DNA of 32,000 bases from positions 1,170,001 to 1,202,000 of the forward strand of contig NC_017262.1 of the NCBI RefSeq assembly GCF_000175255.2, read 5' to 3'. Below are positions 23,434 to 32,000 of this stretch, piece after piece. How positions within the stretch are numbered: position 1 is the stretch's first letter; each line of letters begins with the position of its first letter. A program made the position numbers and the translations under genes. The stretch comes from Zymomonas mobilis subsp. mobilis ATCC 10988 (GTDB lineage: Bacteria > Pseudomonadota > Alphaproteobacteria > Sphingomonadales > Sphingomonadaceae). Below the pieces are notes generated by a model. The model did no database searches, was not told where the DNA came from, and saw only the letters and a program-made list of their open reading frames with translations.

Positions 23434-26400
23434 TCTTTCGATATTCTGATATTACCGCTTGATCGTCCTACGGTCGAAACCGATGACAAAAGCGAAAGCC
23501 AGCGATTGATCTGGAACTGAACACTGGTCAGGGAATATCCCTGACCATCGGTTTCGACTTCGACATAGGTATGCCGTCCGATATATTTACCGGCTGCGAC
23601 GGCAGTTTTCTGGCTATTCTGGCTAGATGATGTAATCCTAAGCCGGTCAAGTCTGGCTAACTTTCTGACATTATTGATCGGGTCAACATTCGCACCCCCA
23701 TGTCGTAGCTGATTAAGCGCGCTGGCAAGCTGTAACGCTTCTGGAGCAGACAGATTGGTAATCGAACTACCAAACAAAAGTTGTGCCAGTAATTCATCTT
23801 CCGGCATAGCGGGATTGCTGGTAAAATTGATTTCCGGTTTTAAAGCCGTGCCAGTAACGTGAATAGTCGCATCTGTTGAATTAAGCGTTGCACGCGCCGT
23901 CAGATCAAGCGCTGGTTCGACGGGTACTTCGCCTTGGAAGCGAATATTCCCGCGATCAAGCGTAAAACGTCGCCCTGCAAAATCATAATTACCCCGAATA
24001 AGATCAGTTCTTCCCAAAATAGAGGGATTGTCGATATTCCCACTAATATTAAGCTCGGCGCGCCATTCGCTATCCAATCCCATACCAGTCACATTGAGAC
24101 GGTTATGCGCATGGGTCTTTAAATCCAATGTCCATGCTTTTGGAGGCGTTTGCGTTACCGGATTTTCTTCGATGCGATTGATCTCTTTAATCGGTAAATG
24201 AGGAATCGACGCATTTGATGACTTGCCTAGCTGATAATTGGCGCGCTTGATCTGTATGTCCCCGCTGATACGTCCTCCATCGCCTTGGGAATCCAGCGAC
24301 AAATCGCCGGACACCGTCGCTTTGAAATCATCGCGGTTAATCAGAACGGCATCATCTGCTTTTAAGCGGATAGCCAGACCAACACCTTGAGGCGCTGCGA
24401 AATTAATCGTCGCCTTGCCATTGATCCGCCCTTTGTTTGAAGTATCTCCGCTAAATTGATCTATAATAAGGCTGGTATCTGCAAAGTTACCTTGCATTTG
24501 CACTTGATCGATAGTCAGGCCTGTTGTTGCACCTTCTAATCGACCTTGATTCATTGCCAATTTGCCGGTCAAAAAAGGATGATCAATCGTGCCACCAACA
24601 TCGGTGAAAAACGCAAGTCCACCGGAAAGATCAATATTGTCGATACCCAATAATCGCCACAGGGTTTCGCTGGCACCTTTAAAACGGATTTGTGCTCTCA
24701 TAGGCAGATGGCGAAATTCTGTCAGATTAAAAGACGTATTTGGGCTGTTCCGCCATTCGGCCTGTGCCCGTCCAACAATCTGATTATTATCTTGAACGAC
24801 CGCTCTTAAAGCCAGCTTTTCAGGATTGAGAATAGCCGCCACACCCGCGTCAATCGGACGTGATGATAGAAAAATACCGGAACGAGACAATCCCCGCAGA
24901 GTAAGATTCATCATACCTCTTGGGATATTAGTCTGATCTTGCTGCCATGTAATTTGGCCATGGGCATAGCCACCAAGGCCTAATCCCGGATGAAAAATAT
25001 CTAGTAAAGATAAAGGAATTTTTTCGAGGGCGATGCTGCCTTCATTTTTGCTTTTACCAAGATAACCTTTTAATTTGGCGCTGCCGCCACCTGTAATTTC
25101 AATCCGGCTTTCTTCAAGACGAATACCGCCATCTTTATCTTTTGTAAGCTGCGCTGCTTTATCAAGGCGAAGCCCGATATGGGCAATGCTACCATGACCT
25201 TCGATAGAATAATGATCGCGAGATAGATGGATTAGGCTGTCTATATCAAAAGGTTGACCGCGATTTCCAGATGCGACCAGATGAAAAATACCCTCATCAC
25301 GATCGAAATGAAAATTCCCCTTTAACTGACCAATATCAAATAATTTTCCTTTGATTTCTTGCCCTGACAGCAGGCCATCCACAATAGACGTATTTTGGCC
25401 TAGCTGGATATGAGCATTGATATCACCATGACGAATAACCGATTCAAAAACACCGCCTAAATGACCGTTGTTGGTCGTCAGGGCGACATTTATCTGCTGT
25501 TCGTTATCAGATGTAGGATTGAGTGGGACTTGAAAATTAATTCGACCAGTCAACGCGCCACTGGATTGTAGCTGACCATTAACGCCCCGTCCAACAGCCG
25601 TCAGATCGCCAGAAAAATGAGATGCCGAAATATCAAGATTTTGAACATGGATGACGGTTGGCTGGCGGGGGATGACATCAATTCGTCCCAATCCCTTAAA
25701 ATTGCCGAGAGGCGATCCACCATGGCTATTCCAATCATACCCTTTTTGTGTTGGTTCAAGGATCAGATTGACGTCTTTTAAACCAAGGCTGTCAACCGGA
25801 TGGTCAAGTTGAATATCAAGATGAGGATGGGCAATATCACCATCAAGTTTCAGCCTTAAACTGCCATAGCTACGTTGATTGCCGCTGCCGATAAGATGCA
25901 ACGGATTGCCATTGCCATTATCGCGTTGCCCCTTCGCATTGAGCTGGAGGGCAGGGGATTGCAGGATAACTTTTTGAAGGTCGGTCGTCCCGTTAATTTG
26001 CCGTGTAAAATCAACGTTAAGCGTCGGTGCGCCTTCCATCAGACCTTTTAGAAAAGCATTCTCAAAATTTTCTGTCCATGTCTTTAAATGCCCCGTGGCC
26101 TTTACCCCATCTACACCCGCATGATGCTCGACATAAATTTCACCTTCGGCATCCAAAAGGGCAAATTCAGGTATAGGATAACGTGTCAGACGGGGTTTGA
26201 TATCGGCCTGATAACTTCCGTCTTTTAAATCTATATCAAGCAGACCTTCACCACTCAAAAAATGAGATGCCAAAGAGGTCTTTTCTCCAATGAGATGGTT
26301 ATGGGTTATATGAAAGATGCCGCTGATAACTAAATCGCGCGTTAAATCTTCTGTGGTATGATCTGTGCCAGAAATATGCTTGATTGTAAGCTTTAAGGGC

Positions 26401-27704
26401 AGATGCGATAATCCATCAGATAGAAGCGTTTCGCCTTCCAAAGTCGCCGCTTCATAATGCTCTTTCCCAAAAGAAAGCCAGCCTGCTTTGAGCTGATAAC
26501 TGAAATGTCCTTTTTCAAAGCTACCATCCAGATGGTTTAGAAGGGTAATATGCTCGCCTTCCATCTTAGGATCGAGCGCTTTGCTTTGCCTTAACAGGGT
26601 CTCGATGACGATCGAATGATAAAGACCCTTGGCAAAATCAATGCCGCCTTGGCTTTTTATATCAAGCGTTGGGGAAAGAAGGCGTATCTGACCATTGATG
26701 CTATGATCTTTCTGGTCAAATTCTGATAAAATACGGGTTTCACTACCCAATAAACGGGCTGTATTGGGCTTAACAAGGCGCGATAACGCCGCCCAACCCG
26801 CAATATACCAGTGACCTTTATTTTGTTTTAAATGGATATCAGCCAGCGGATTCTGGTCGAGTAAAGCATGAATATGCCCTTGCCAGTTTGTCCATTCTCC
26901 TTGCCCGTTTAAATCGGCAGCGAGTGTTTTTTTAATTCCGGTAAGATCAGCAATCGATCCTTTTTCTGGTGCCAATAGATTGGCTTTTAACGCAAATCTG
27001 TTTTTTTCAGGATTGATGTCTGCCAGAAAATGAAAGCTGTCTTTTAAGGTCGAAGTAATTGTGATTTCAGCCTTTAACTGGCCGGAAGTCGATAGCGCAT
27101 GACCTCGGATATCCATAACGGGAATAGCCGTTATATTCTGTTGAGGGTTATTTCTCTTTTGGGGAATAATTTCGATATGGGTCAGTATCAGATGGTCTAT
27201 TCTGATATAGCTATTGGGTAGCCGAAAGGGTTTTCCTTGTGATTTAAGCCGTGGCAAACGCCATAAGCGGGCAGAATTGGCCTGTAATGTCTGAATATCC
27301 CAATGTTTTTTCCATAGATCCCATAATCGCCAATCCAGCGTAAGGTTGGGTATTTCAAGAAAAACGCCATCAAGATCATAAAAGCGGAGTTTCTCTATCT
27401 GCATTTTATGCCAGATAGAGCCATCAATATGTTCTATTGAAAAATGCAGACCAGTTGGCAGTTTTTGTTTTCTAATTTCATCGATAATTAGGCGATGTCC
27501 AATGGATGAATCTAGAAAAAGCAAAAAAATCGCCGGAAGAGCCACCGCAAAAAAAAGGATGGGAAGAAGAATAAAACGCCAGAGATGCCGCAATTTTGAT
27601 TGTTTTTGTCCGGCTTTTTCCTTTTCTATCGGCGAATGAATCTCTGCCATTTCCTCGGGCAAAGTTTCTTTGGATTCCGGCGGCATATCCTGTTTTTCGG
27701 GCAT
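23427..27704 (-). CDS. tamB: Translocation and assembly module subunit TamB (DUF490-type giant inner-membrane-anchored protein)
   Basis: 1425 aa. N-terminal signal anchor (WRFILLPILFFAVALPAIFLLFL), long repetitive beta-rich body, and a DUF490-like C-terminus (...GKYIGRHTYVEVETDGQGYSLTSVQFQINRWLSL...). Its start overlaps the tamA stop (TGATG). Confidence 0.85.
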   Translation of the reverse strand: MPEKQDMPPESKETLPEEMAEIHSPIEKEKAGQKQSKLRHLWRFILLPILFFAVALPAIFLLFLDSSIGHRLIIDEIRKQKLPTGLHFSIEHIDGSIWHKMQIEKLRFYDLDGVFLEIPNLTLDWRLWDLWKKHWDIQTLQANSARLWRLPRLKSQGKPFRLPNSYIRIDHLILTHIEIIPQKRNNPQQNITAIPVMDIRGHALSTSGQLKAEITITSTLKDSFHFLADINPEKNRFALKANLLAPEKGSIADLTGIKKTLAADLNGQGEWTNWQGHIHALLDQNPLADIHLKQNKGHWYIAGWAALSRLVKPNTARLLGSETRILSEFDQKDHSINGQIRLLSPTLDIKSQGGIDFAKGLYHSIVIETLLRQSKALDPKMEGEHITLLNHLDGSFEKGHFSYQLKAGWLSFGKEHYEAATLEGETLLSDGLSHLPLKLTIKHISGTDHTTEDLTRDLVISGIFHITHNHLIGEKTSLASHFLSGEGLLDIDLKDGSYQADIKPRLTRYPIPEFALLDAEGEIYVEHHAGVDGVKATGHLKTWTENFENAFLKGLMEGAPTLNVDFTRQINGTTDLQKVILQSPALQLNAKGQRDNGNGNPLHLIGSGNQRSYGSLRLKLDGDIAHPHLDIQLDHPVDSLGLKDVNLILEPTQKGYDWNSHGGSPLGNFKGLGRIDVIPRQPTVIHVQNLDISASHFSGDLTAVGRGVNGQLQSSGALTGRINFQVPLNPTSDNEQQINVALTTNNGHLGGVFESVIRHGDINAHIQLGQNTSIVDGLLSGQEIKGKLFDIGQLKGNFHFDRDEGIFHLVASGNRGQPFDIDSLIHLSRDHYSIEGHGSIAHIGLRLDKAAQLTKDKDGGIRLEESRIEITGGGSAKLKGYLGKSKNEGSIALEKIPLSLLDIFHPGLGLGGYAHGQITWQQDQTNIPRGMMNLTLRGLSRSGIFLSSRPIDAGVAAILNPEKLALRAVVQDNNQIVGRAQAEWRNSPNTSFNLTEFRHLPMRAQIRFKGASETLWRLLGIDNIDLSGGLAFFTDVGGTIDHPFLTGKLAMNQGRLEGATTGLTIDQVQMQGNFADTSLIIDQFSGDTSNKGRINGKATINFAAPQGVGLAIRLKADDAVLINRDDFKATVSGDLSLDSQGDGGRISGDIQIKRANYQLGKSSNASIPHLPIKEINRIEENPVTQTPPKAWTLDLKTHAHNRLNVTGMGLDSEWRAELNISGNIDNPSILGRTDLIRGNYDFAGRRFTLDRGNIRFQGEVPVEPALDLTARATLNSTDATIHVTGTALKPEINFTSNPAMPEDELLAQLLFGSSITNLSAPEALQLASALNQLRHGGANVDPINNVRKLARLDRLRITSSSQNSQKTAVAAGKYIGRHTYVEVETDGQGYSLTSVQFQINRWLSLLSSVSTVGRSSGNIRISKDY

Positions 27705-29776
27705 CAGAAGGCCTGCCCTAGGGAGACATACACACCAATACGATTTTCACCAGCATGACGATGGAGCGGGGTGCCAAGGTCAACGCGCATAGGGCCAAAG
27801 CTGGTATAATAACGCAATCCCAAACCTGTCCCCAAACGTAGACCGCTCATGCGTGGTAAGGTTGATGTGTAAAGATTACCGGCATCAAGGAAAGGCACCA
27901 ATCCCAAATCCCCAAAGCGGAAACGGGTTTCAATAGAAAATTCGGCAAGGCTTGAGCCACCAAGCGGTTTTCTGTTGGCATTTAGATTACCAATGGCCTG
28001 ATAACTGAAACCACGAACAGAACCGCCACCGCCAACATAATAACGACGGGACGGCGCAAGGTCACTGCTGTCGCTGCCTATAATAGATCCCATTCGGACG
28101 CGTCCGGCCAGCACAATATTATGACCAAGCGGTTGGTAGCCGCTCGCGTCTATTTGGGTTCGGATATAAGGCACTGTTTTGTGCAGAAATGAAATTTCTG
28201 GTGAAGCATGGGCGCTTAATCGAAAGCCTTTTGTCGGGTTCAGCAGATTGTCACTACTATCATACCCCAATTGACCAGGCAGGGCGGCTATCAAATATTG
28301 ATGATGCCCAGCACCATAGGTGTAGTAGCCATTATCGCGTTCGTCTGAACCAATAAATTGGCCGCCAATCGACCAGACCCATTTTTTTTGCCAGATAATA
28401 TTGGTTTCGCGTTCAAAGCTCGCTGATAACGTGGCAGTGCGTGCATCATAAGCGCGCCTTTTGGTATGAAGAACCGAAAGGCTGGAAGACAATATATGGT
28501 CTCTTGCCCCTTTATTGCCTTGCCTTAAAGATGCGCCCACACCTTGGTCGCGCGTTCCCAGAATACCAGAGAAGGTGACCGCGCCTTCCGGCTTTATCAT
28601 ATTACGATGAGTCCAACTAACATCCGAACGAACACCTTCACCATTTCCATAGCCAACCGTTCCAGCAATAGTATGAAGTGGCGCTTTTTCAGTCGTAATC
28701 GCGATATTGGTAACATTCGGATGATCGGGATCTGGCACTGGTTTCAATTGGATAGTGGAAACCAGACTGGTTTGAATAACGGCGCGCCGTAAATCATCAA
28801 GCAATACCGAATCATAAGGGGTGCCAGGGTGAAAACGGGCAATCTCATTAAGGTGATGCGTATCGAGCGGTTGACTGTTTTTGTTAAGGATGATTTCGCC
28901 AAATTTTTGAGGCTTGCCTGTTTCGACATTCATCACCAGACTGCCCGTAAAATTGCTGTGATCGACGATAATATCTGGCTGGGTGATCTGGGCAAAGGGG
29001 AAGCCCAGATGACCGAGTTGTTTCTCCAAATCTTGATCGGCCGAAATAATGGCAGCTTGATCTACTGGGTCATCTTTATGAATCGGGTAAATTTTTTGTA
29101 AGCCTAGTTGTGGCGTATCTTCTTTATCCAAGCCGTTAACCTTGACATCCGTAAAGCGATAAAGCTGGCCGGGGTTAACTTTGAATTCGATAACGACTTT
29201 ATGTTTTTCAATAATAGGGGTTAGGCGCGATTCAACCGAAGCGTCATAATACCCACCAGACTGCAACAAAGCAGTCAGATTTTCGCTGTCACCCCTGATT
29301 CGTCTTCTTATTTGGGCAATATTGGCGCGTTTCCGGCGCGTCATATAAAGCGTTGAAAGACCATTAAAACTACTTTGCCATGTATGCTCGCGCGGCGGCA
29401 AACCTGTAATTTTAACTGTGTAATGATAACCAAGATTATTTTCTGAAACGGAAGATATTTTACTCTTGGAAGATTTCGGTTGGTTATCAGCCTTGCTATT
29501 CACAGAAGGGGATAAATCGCCTTCTGTATTGGAATCTGTTTTTTGAAGATCTGGCCAGTCTACCCCAAGATCAGACCAATTATCCAAAGGTGCCATTGAA
29601 AAACCTTTGCTGTTGTCGGTCATGATGTTTTTTTGGGGTGGCGGCTTTGCCTTGACCGCTTCGATATAGGTCAAAAAAAACGTTGCTGCGATCACCCATG
29701 ATGCAACATGTTTTTGTCTTTTCTTCTTTAAAAAGCCTGCCTCTTTGATGGGAAAAGGCCTGAAGAAACAGGTCAT
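27704..29776 (-). CDS. tamA: Translocation and assembly module subunit TamA (Omp85/BamA-family outer-membrane protein)
   Basis: About 690 aa. The track uses TTG 29779; ATG 29776 is one codon in and forms a TGATG junction with the gph stop. POTRA-like repeats, then a beta-barrel ending in the OMP signature ...GVYVSLGQAF. Confidence 0.85.
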   Translation of the reverse strand: MTCFFRPFPIKEAGFLKKKRQKHVASWVIAATFFLTYIEAVKAKPPPQKNIMTDNSKGFSMAPLDNWSDLGVDWPDLQKTDSNTEGDLSPSVNSKADNQPKSSKSKISSVSENNLGYHYTVKITGLPPREHTWQSSFNGLSTLYMTRRKRANIAQIRRRIRGDSENLTALLQSGGYYDASVESRLTPIIEKHKVVIEFKVNPGQLYRFTDVKVNGLDKEDTPQLGLQKIYPIHKDDPVDQAAIISADQDLEKQLGHLGFPFAQITQPDIIVDHSNFTGSLVMNVETGKPQKFGEIILNKNSQPLDTHHLNEIARFHPGTPYDSVLLDDLRRAVIQTSLVSTIQLKPVPDPDHPNVTNIAITTEKAPLHTIAGTVGYGNGEGVRSDVSWTHRNMIKPEGAVTFSGILGTRDQGVGASLRQGNKGARDHILSSSLSVLHTKRRAYDARTATLSASFERETNIIWQKKWVWSIGGQFIGSDERDNGYYTYGAGHHQYLIAALPGQLGYDSSDNLLNPTKGFRLSAHASPEISFLHKTVPYIRTQIDASGYQPLGHNIVLAGRVRMGSIIGSDSSDLAPSRRYYVGGGGSVRGFSYQAIGNLNANRKPLGGSSLAEFSIETRFRFGDLGLVPFLDAGNLYTSTLPRMSGLRLGTGLGLRYYTSFGPMRVDLGTPLHRHAGENRIGVYVSLGQAF

Positions 29777-30477
29777 CAATCCGGCTTGACCACGGCATCT
29801 GGCATCATATCATCGGAAAAACTGGCGAGAGTAGGAATAAGTTCCTGATAATTGCTAATAACACGGTCGGCGCCCAAAGCAGTAGCCGGAACATCAGAAT
29901 AACCAAAGCTTACCAGAATAACGGGTAAATCGGCATTGTGGCCTGTTTTGACATCAGTAATAGAGTCGCCAATAAAGGCTGTCCGGCCGCCGCCCATTGC
30001 ATGGATCGCTTCGAGTAAAGGCTTTGGATCGGGTTTTCTGACTGAAAAGCTGTCGCCGCCAATAATATCTGAAAAATAGTGATCCCAACCCAGCTGGTGG
30101 ATAATCGGCCGCGCCAGACATTCCGGTTTGTTGGTATAGACAATCAATTTTAAACCGAGGTCTTGAAGCGCTTTTAATATTTCTTCGACGCCTTCATAGG
30201 GGCGCGTATGTACCAGAACATGCTTTTTGTAATAAGCCAGCATCAAAGGGAATCCTTTGACCATCAATTCCTGATTGATACCGCCCGTCACTTCCAAAGC
30301 TTGTTCCATTAGTCGCCGGATACCTTTACCCATCATTTTTTCGACCTGTTCCTGTGTCGGAACGGGACGTCCCATTTGTTTTAAAGCATAATCAAGGGCT
30401 GCATGAAGGTCAGGTGAACTGTCGATAAGCGTGCCATCGAGATCAAAGCCGATAAAGTCAAATGGAATACGGGACAT
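29776..30477 (-). CDS. gph: HAD-superfamily phosphatase, phosphoglycolate phosphatase-like
   Basis: 233 aa. HAD motif I FDLDGTLIDS, motif II VYTNK, and motif III/IV KPDPKPLL...FIGDSITDV. Confidence 0.78.
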   Translation of the reverse strand: MSRIPFDFIGFDLDGTLIDSSPDLHAALDYALKQMGRPVPTQEQVEKMMGKGIRRLMEQALEVTGGINQELMVKGFPLMLAYYKKHVLVHTRPYEGVEEILKALQDLGLKLIVYTNKPECLARPIIHQLGWDHYFSDIIGGDSFSVRKPDPKPLLEAIHAMGGGRTAFIGDSITDVKTGHNADLPVILVSFGYSDVPATALGADRVISNYQELIPTLASFSDDMMPDAVVKPD

Positions 30478-30681
30478 AATGGGTAAAAACTCCCTGCTAT
30501 AGAATAAAGGCTATTTATCCCCGTGGGGCGCAGTCATAAGAGACAGAACAACAGCAATAATTTACGATGTCGTGGAAATATATCGGCTTATAGAGATATT
30601 TGCCTGTAAAATTAAGTCTGTTCCTGTTCTGGAAATAGGCACAACTTCATGGCAAAAGCCGAATATAGGAGAGTTTTTGTT

Positions 30682-32000
30682 ATGACTGCTCATAAGCCTT
30701 TTTCTGCTGTTATTCTGGCTGCGGGTAAGGGAACGCGGATGCGTTCGGATACCCATAAGATATTACATGCCCTTGCTGGCAGACCTCTTTTAGGATGGGT
30801 TCTGGACAGCCTTGCTCCGTTATCGCCTGATCATACCGTGGTTGTGACAGGTTCCGGTCGCGAGCAAGTCGAAAATTATCTAAAACAGGTTGATTTGCCC
30901 GTTACCTCGGTTACCCAAGAAGAGCAATTGGGTACGGCACATGCTGTGGCACAGGCTAAATCCGCTTTGAAGGATTTTAAAGGGGATATTGTCGTTCTTT
31001 ATGGCGATGTTCCTTTAGTGCAACCCAAAACGATAAAAGCCTTGCTGGAACGCTTGCATCATGAAGACAAGCCGACAGTGGCCGTTTTAGCGTTCAGACC
31101 TGACGATCCGCGTCAATATGGGCGTATTGTCACTGATAAGACCGCCCATATCCAAAAAATGGTCGAATATAAGGATGCCAGCGAAGAAGAGCGGGCAATC
31201 ACCCTGTGTAATAGTGGCCTATTAGCCATCAGAGCGCATGATCTTTGGCCGTTATTATCACGGGTTCAGAATAATAACGCATCAGGCGAATATTATCTGC
31301 CTGATATTGTTATGCTGGCTTTGTCCGAAGGCTGTCAAGCTGTGACTGTTGATGCGGAGGCTTGGGAAGTTTCCGGCGTCAATAATCGGGCAGAACTCGC
31401 CAGCCTTGAAAGCCTGTGGCAAAATCGCAAGCGGCAGGATGTCATGAAAGACGGGGCTAGTCTGATTGCACCTGAAACCGTTTGGTTCAGCTATGACACT
31501 GAAATCGGGCGAGATGTCATTATTGAACCGCAAGTCTTTTTTGGACGTGATGTTAAAGTTGCCAATGGTGTAACCATTCATAGCTTTAGCCATATTGAGG
31601 GGGCTGACATTAAAGAAAATGTTGAAATAGGCCCCTTTGCACGGTTGAGACCCGGTGCCGAGATTGCTGAAAAAGCTAAAATCGGTAATTTCGTTGAGAT
31701 CAAGAAGTCCAAAGTCGAGAAAGGCGCCAAGGTTAATCACCTGACCTATATCGGGGATGCGACTATTGGCGCAGGTTCTAATATCGGCGGCGGCACTATC
31801 ACCTGTAATTATGATGGCTTTAACAAAAGCCGGACGGAAATTGGCGAGAAAGCCTTTATCGGTTCCAATAGCGCGTTGGTTGCGCCGGTGCGTATCGGGG
31901 CAGGGGCTATTATTGCCGCAGGGTCAACCATTACCCATAATGTGCCAGATGACAGCTTGGCGATTGCCCGATCGGAACAAGAGAACAAGGCCTTATGGGC
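30682..32000 (+). CDS. glmU: Bifunctional UDP-N-acetylglucosamine pyrophosphorylase / glucosamine-1-phosphate N-acetyltransferase, 3' end beyond the window
   Basis: Absent from the ORF track because there is no stop in the window. ATG 30682 has AGGAGAG 8 nt upstream. It translates to MTAHKPFSAVILAAGKGTRMRSDTHKILHALAGRPLL...QEEQLGTAHAV...LYGDVPL...YYLPDIV, followed by left-handed beta-helix hexapeptide repeats to the window end (439 codons). Confidence 0.93.
   Translation, partial: MTAHKPFSAVILAAGKGTRMRSDTHKILHALAGRPLLGWVLDSLAPLSPDHTVVVTGSGREQVENYLKQVDLPVTSVTQEEQLGTAHAVAQAKSALKDFKGDIVVLYGDVPLVQPKTIKALLERLHHEDKPTVAVLAFRPDDPRQYGRIVTDKTAHIQKMVEYKDASEEERAITLCNSGLLAIRAHDLWPLLSRVQNNNASGEYYLPDIVMLALSEGCQAVTVDAEAWEVSGVNNRAELASLESLWQNRKRQDVMKDGASLIAPETVWFSYDTEIGRDVIIEPQVFFGRDVKVANGVTIHSFSHIEGADIKENVEIGPFARLRPGAEIAEKAKIGNFVEIKKSKVEKGAKVNHLTYIGDATIGAGSNIGGGTITCNYDGFNKSRTEIGEKAFIGSNSALVAPVRIGAGAIIAAGSTITHNVPDDSLAIARSEQENKALW

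Noticed and set aside
31282-31740. 152-aa minus-strand ORF
   Set aside because: It is antisense to the hexapeptide-repeat (left-handed beta-helix) part of glmU. The repetitive codon structure favours long antisense ORFs.

Overview
This is a densely coded 32-kb window with about 25 protein genes and one tRNA. It is moderately AT-rich (roughly mid-40s % GC, judged by eye) and looks like alphaproteobacterial core chromosome. Gene content and protein sequences resemble Sphingomonadales, possibly Zymomonas, but that is inference only.

Most of the window is housekeeping:
- ribD-ribE-ribBA (minus strand, ribBA cut by the left edge)
- hom-glpX
- a divergent oligopeptidase B / aminopeptidase P pair
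- glnB-glnA
- a Bcr/CflA-like MFS pump
- gph-tamA-tamB (minus strand)
- glmU (cut by the right edge)
- tRNA-Ser(GCU)

I saw no transposase, integrase, phage gene, CRISPR array, restriction-modification gene or recognisable defence gene, and I cannot point to a clearly novel multi-gene system.

The non-routine parts, in order of interest:
1. A translationally coupled module of an OmpR-type response regulator, a LysM+FecR-fold periplasmic protein and a CHASE2 histidine kinase.
2. An acyl-CoA dehydrogenase / double-hotdog hydratase / CitE-like CoA-ester lyase trio. It has no CoA-activating enzyme nearby and carries an internal terminator.
3. An mgtC-family gene whose first 24 codons lie in another frame. 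The junction falls exactly on T TTT TTC followed by TAG, which could be a pseudogene, a homopolymer sequencing error or a -1 frameshift site.
4. Two near-identical 15-bp palindromes in the divergent peptidase promoter region.
5. A possible ~70-nt sRNA between ptrB and the tRNA.

All function calls rest on motif recognition by eye from the translated ORFs. No database search was run.
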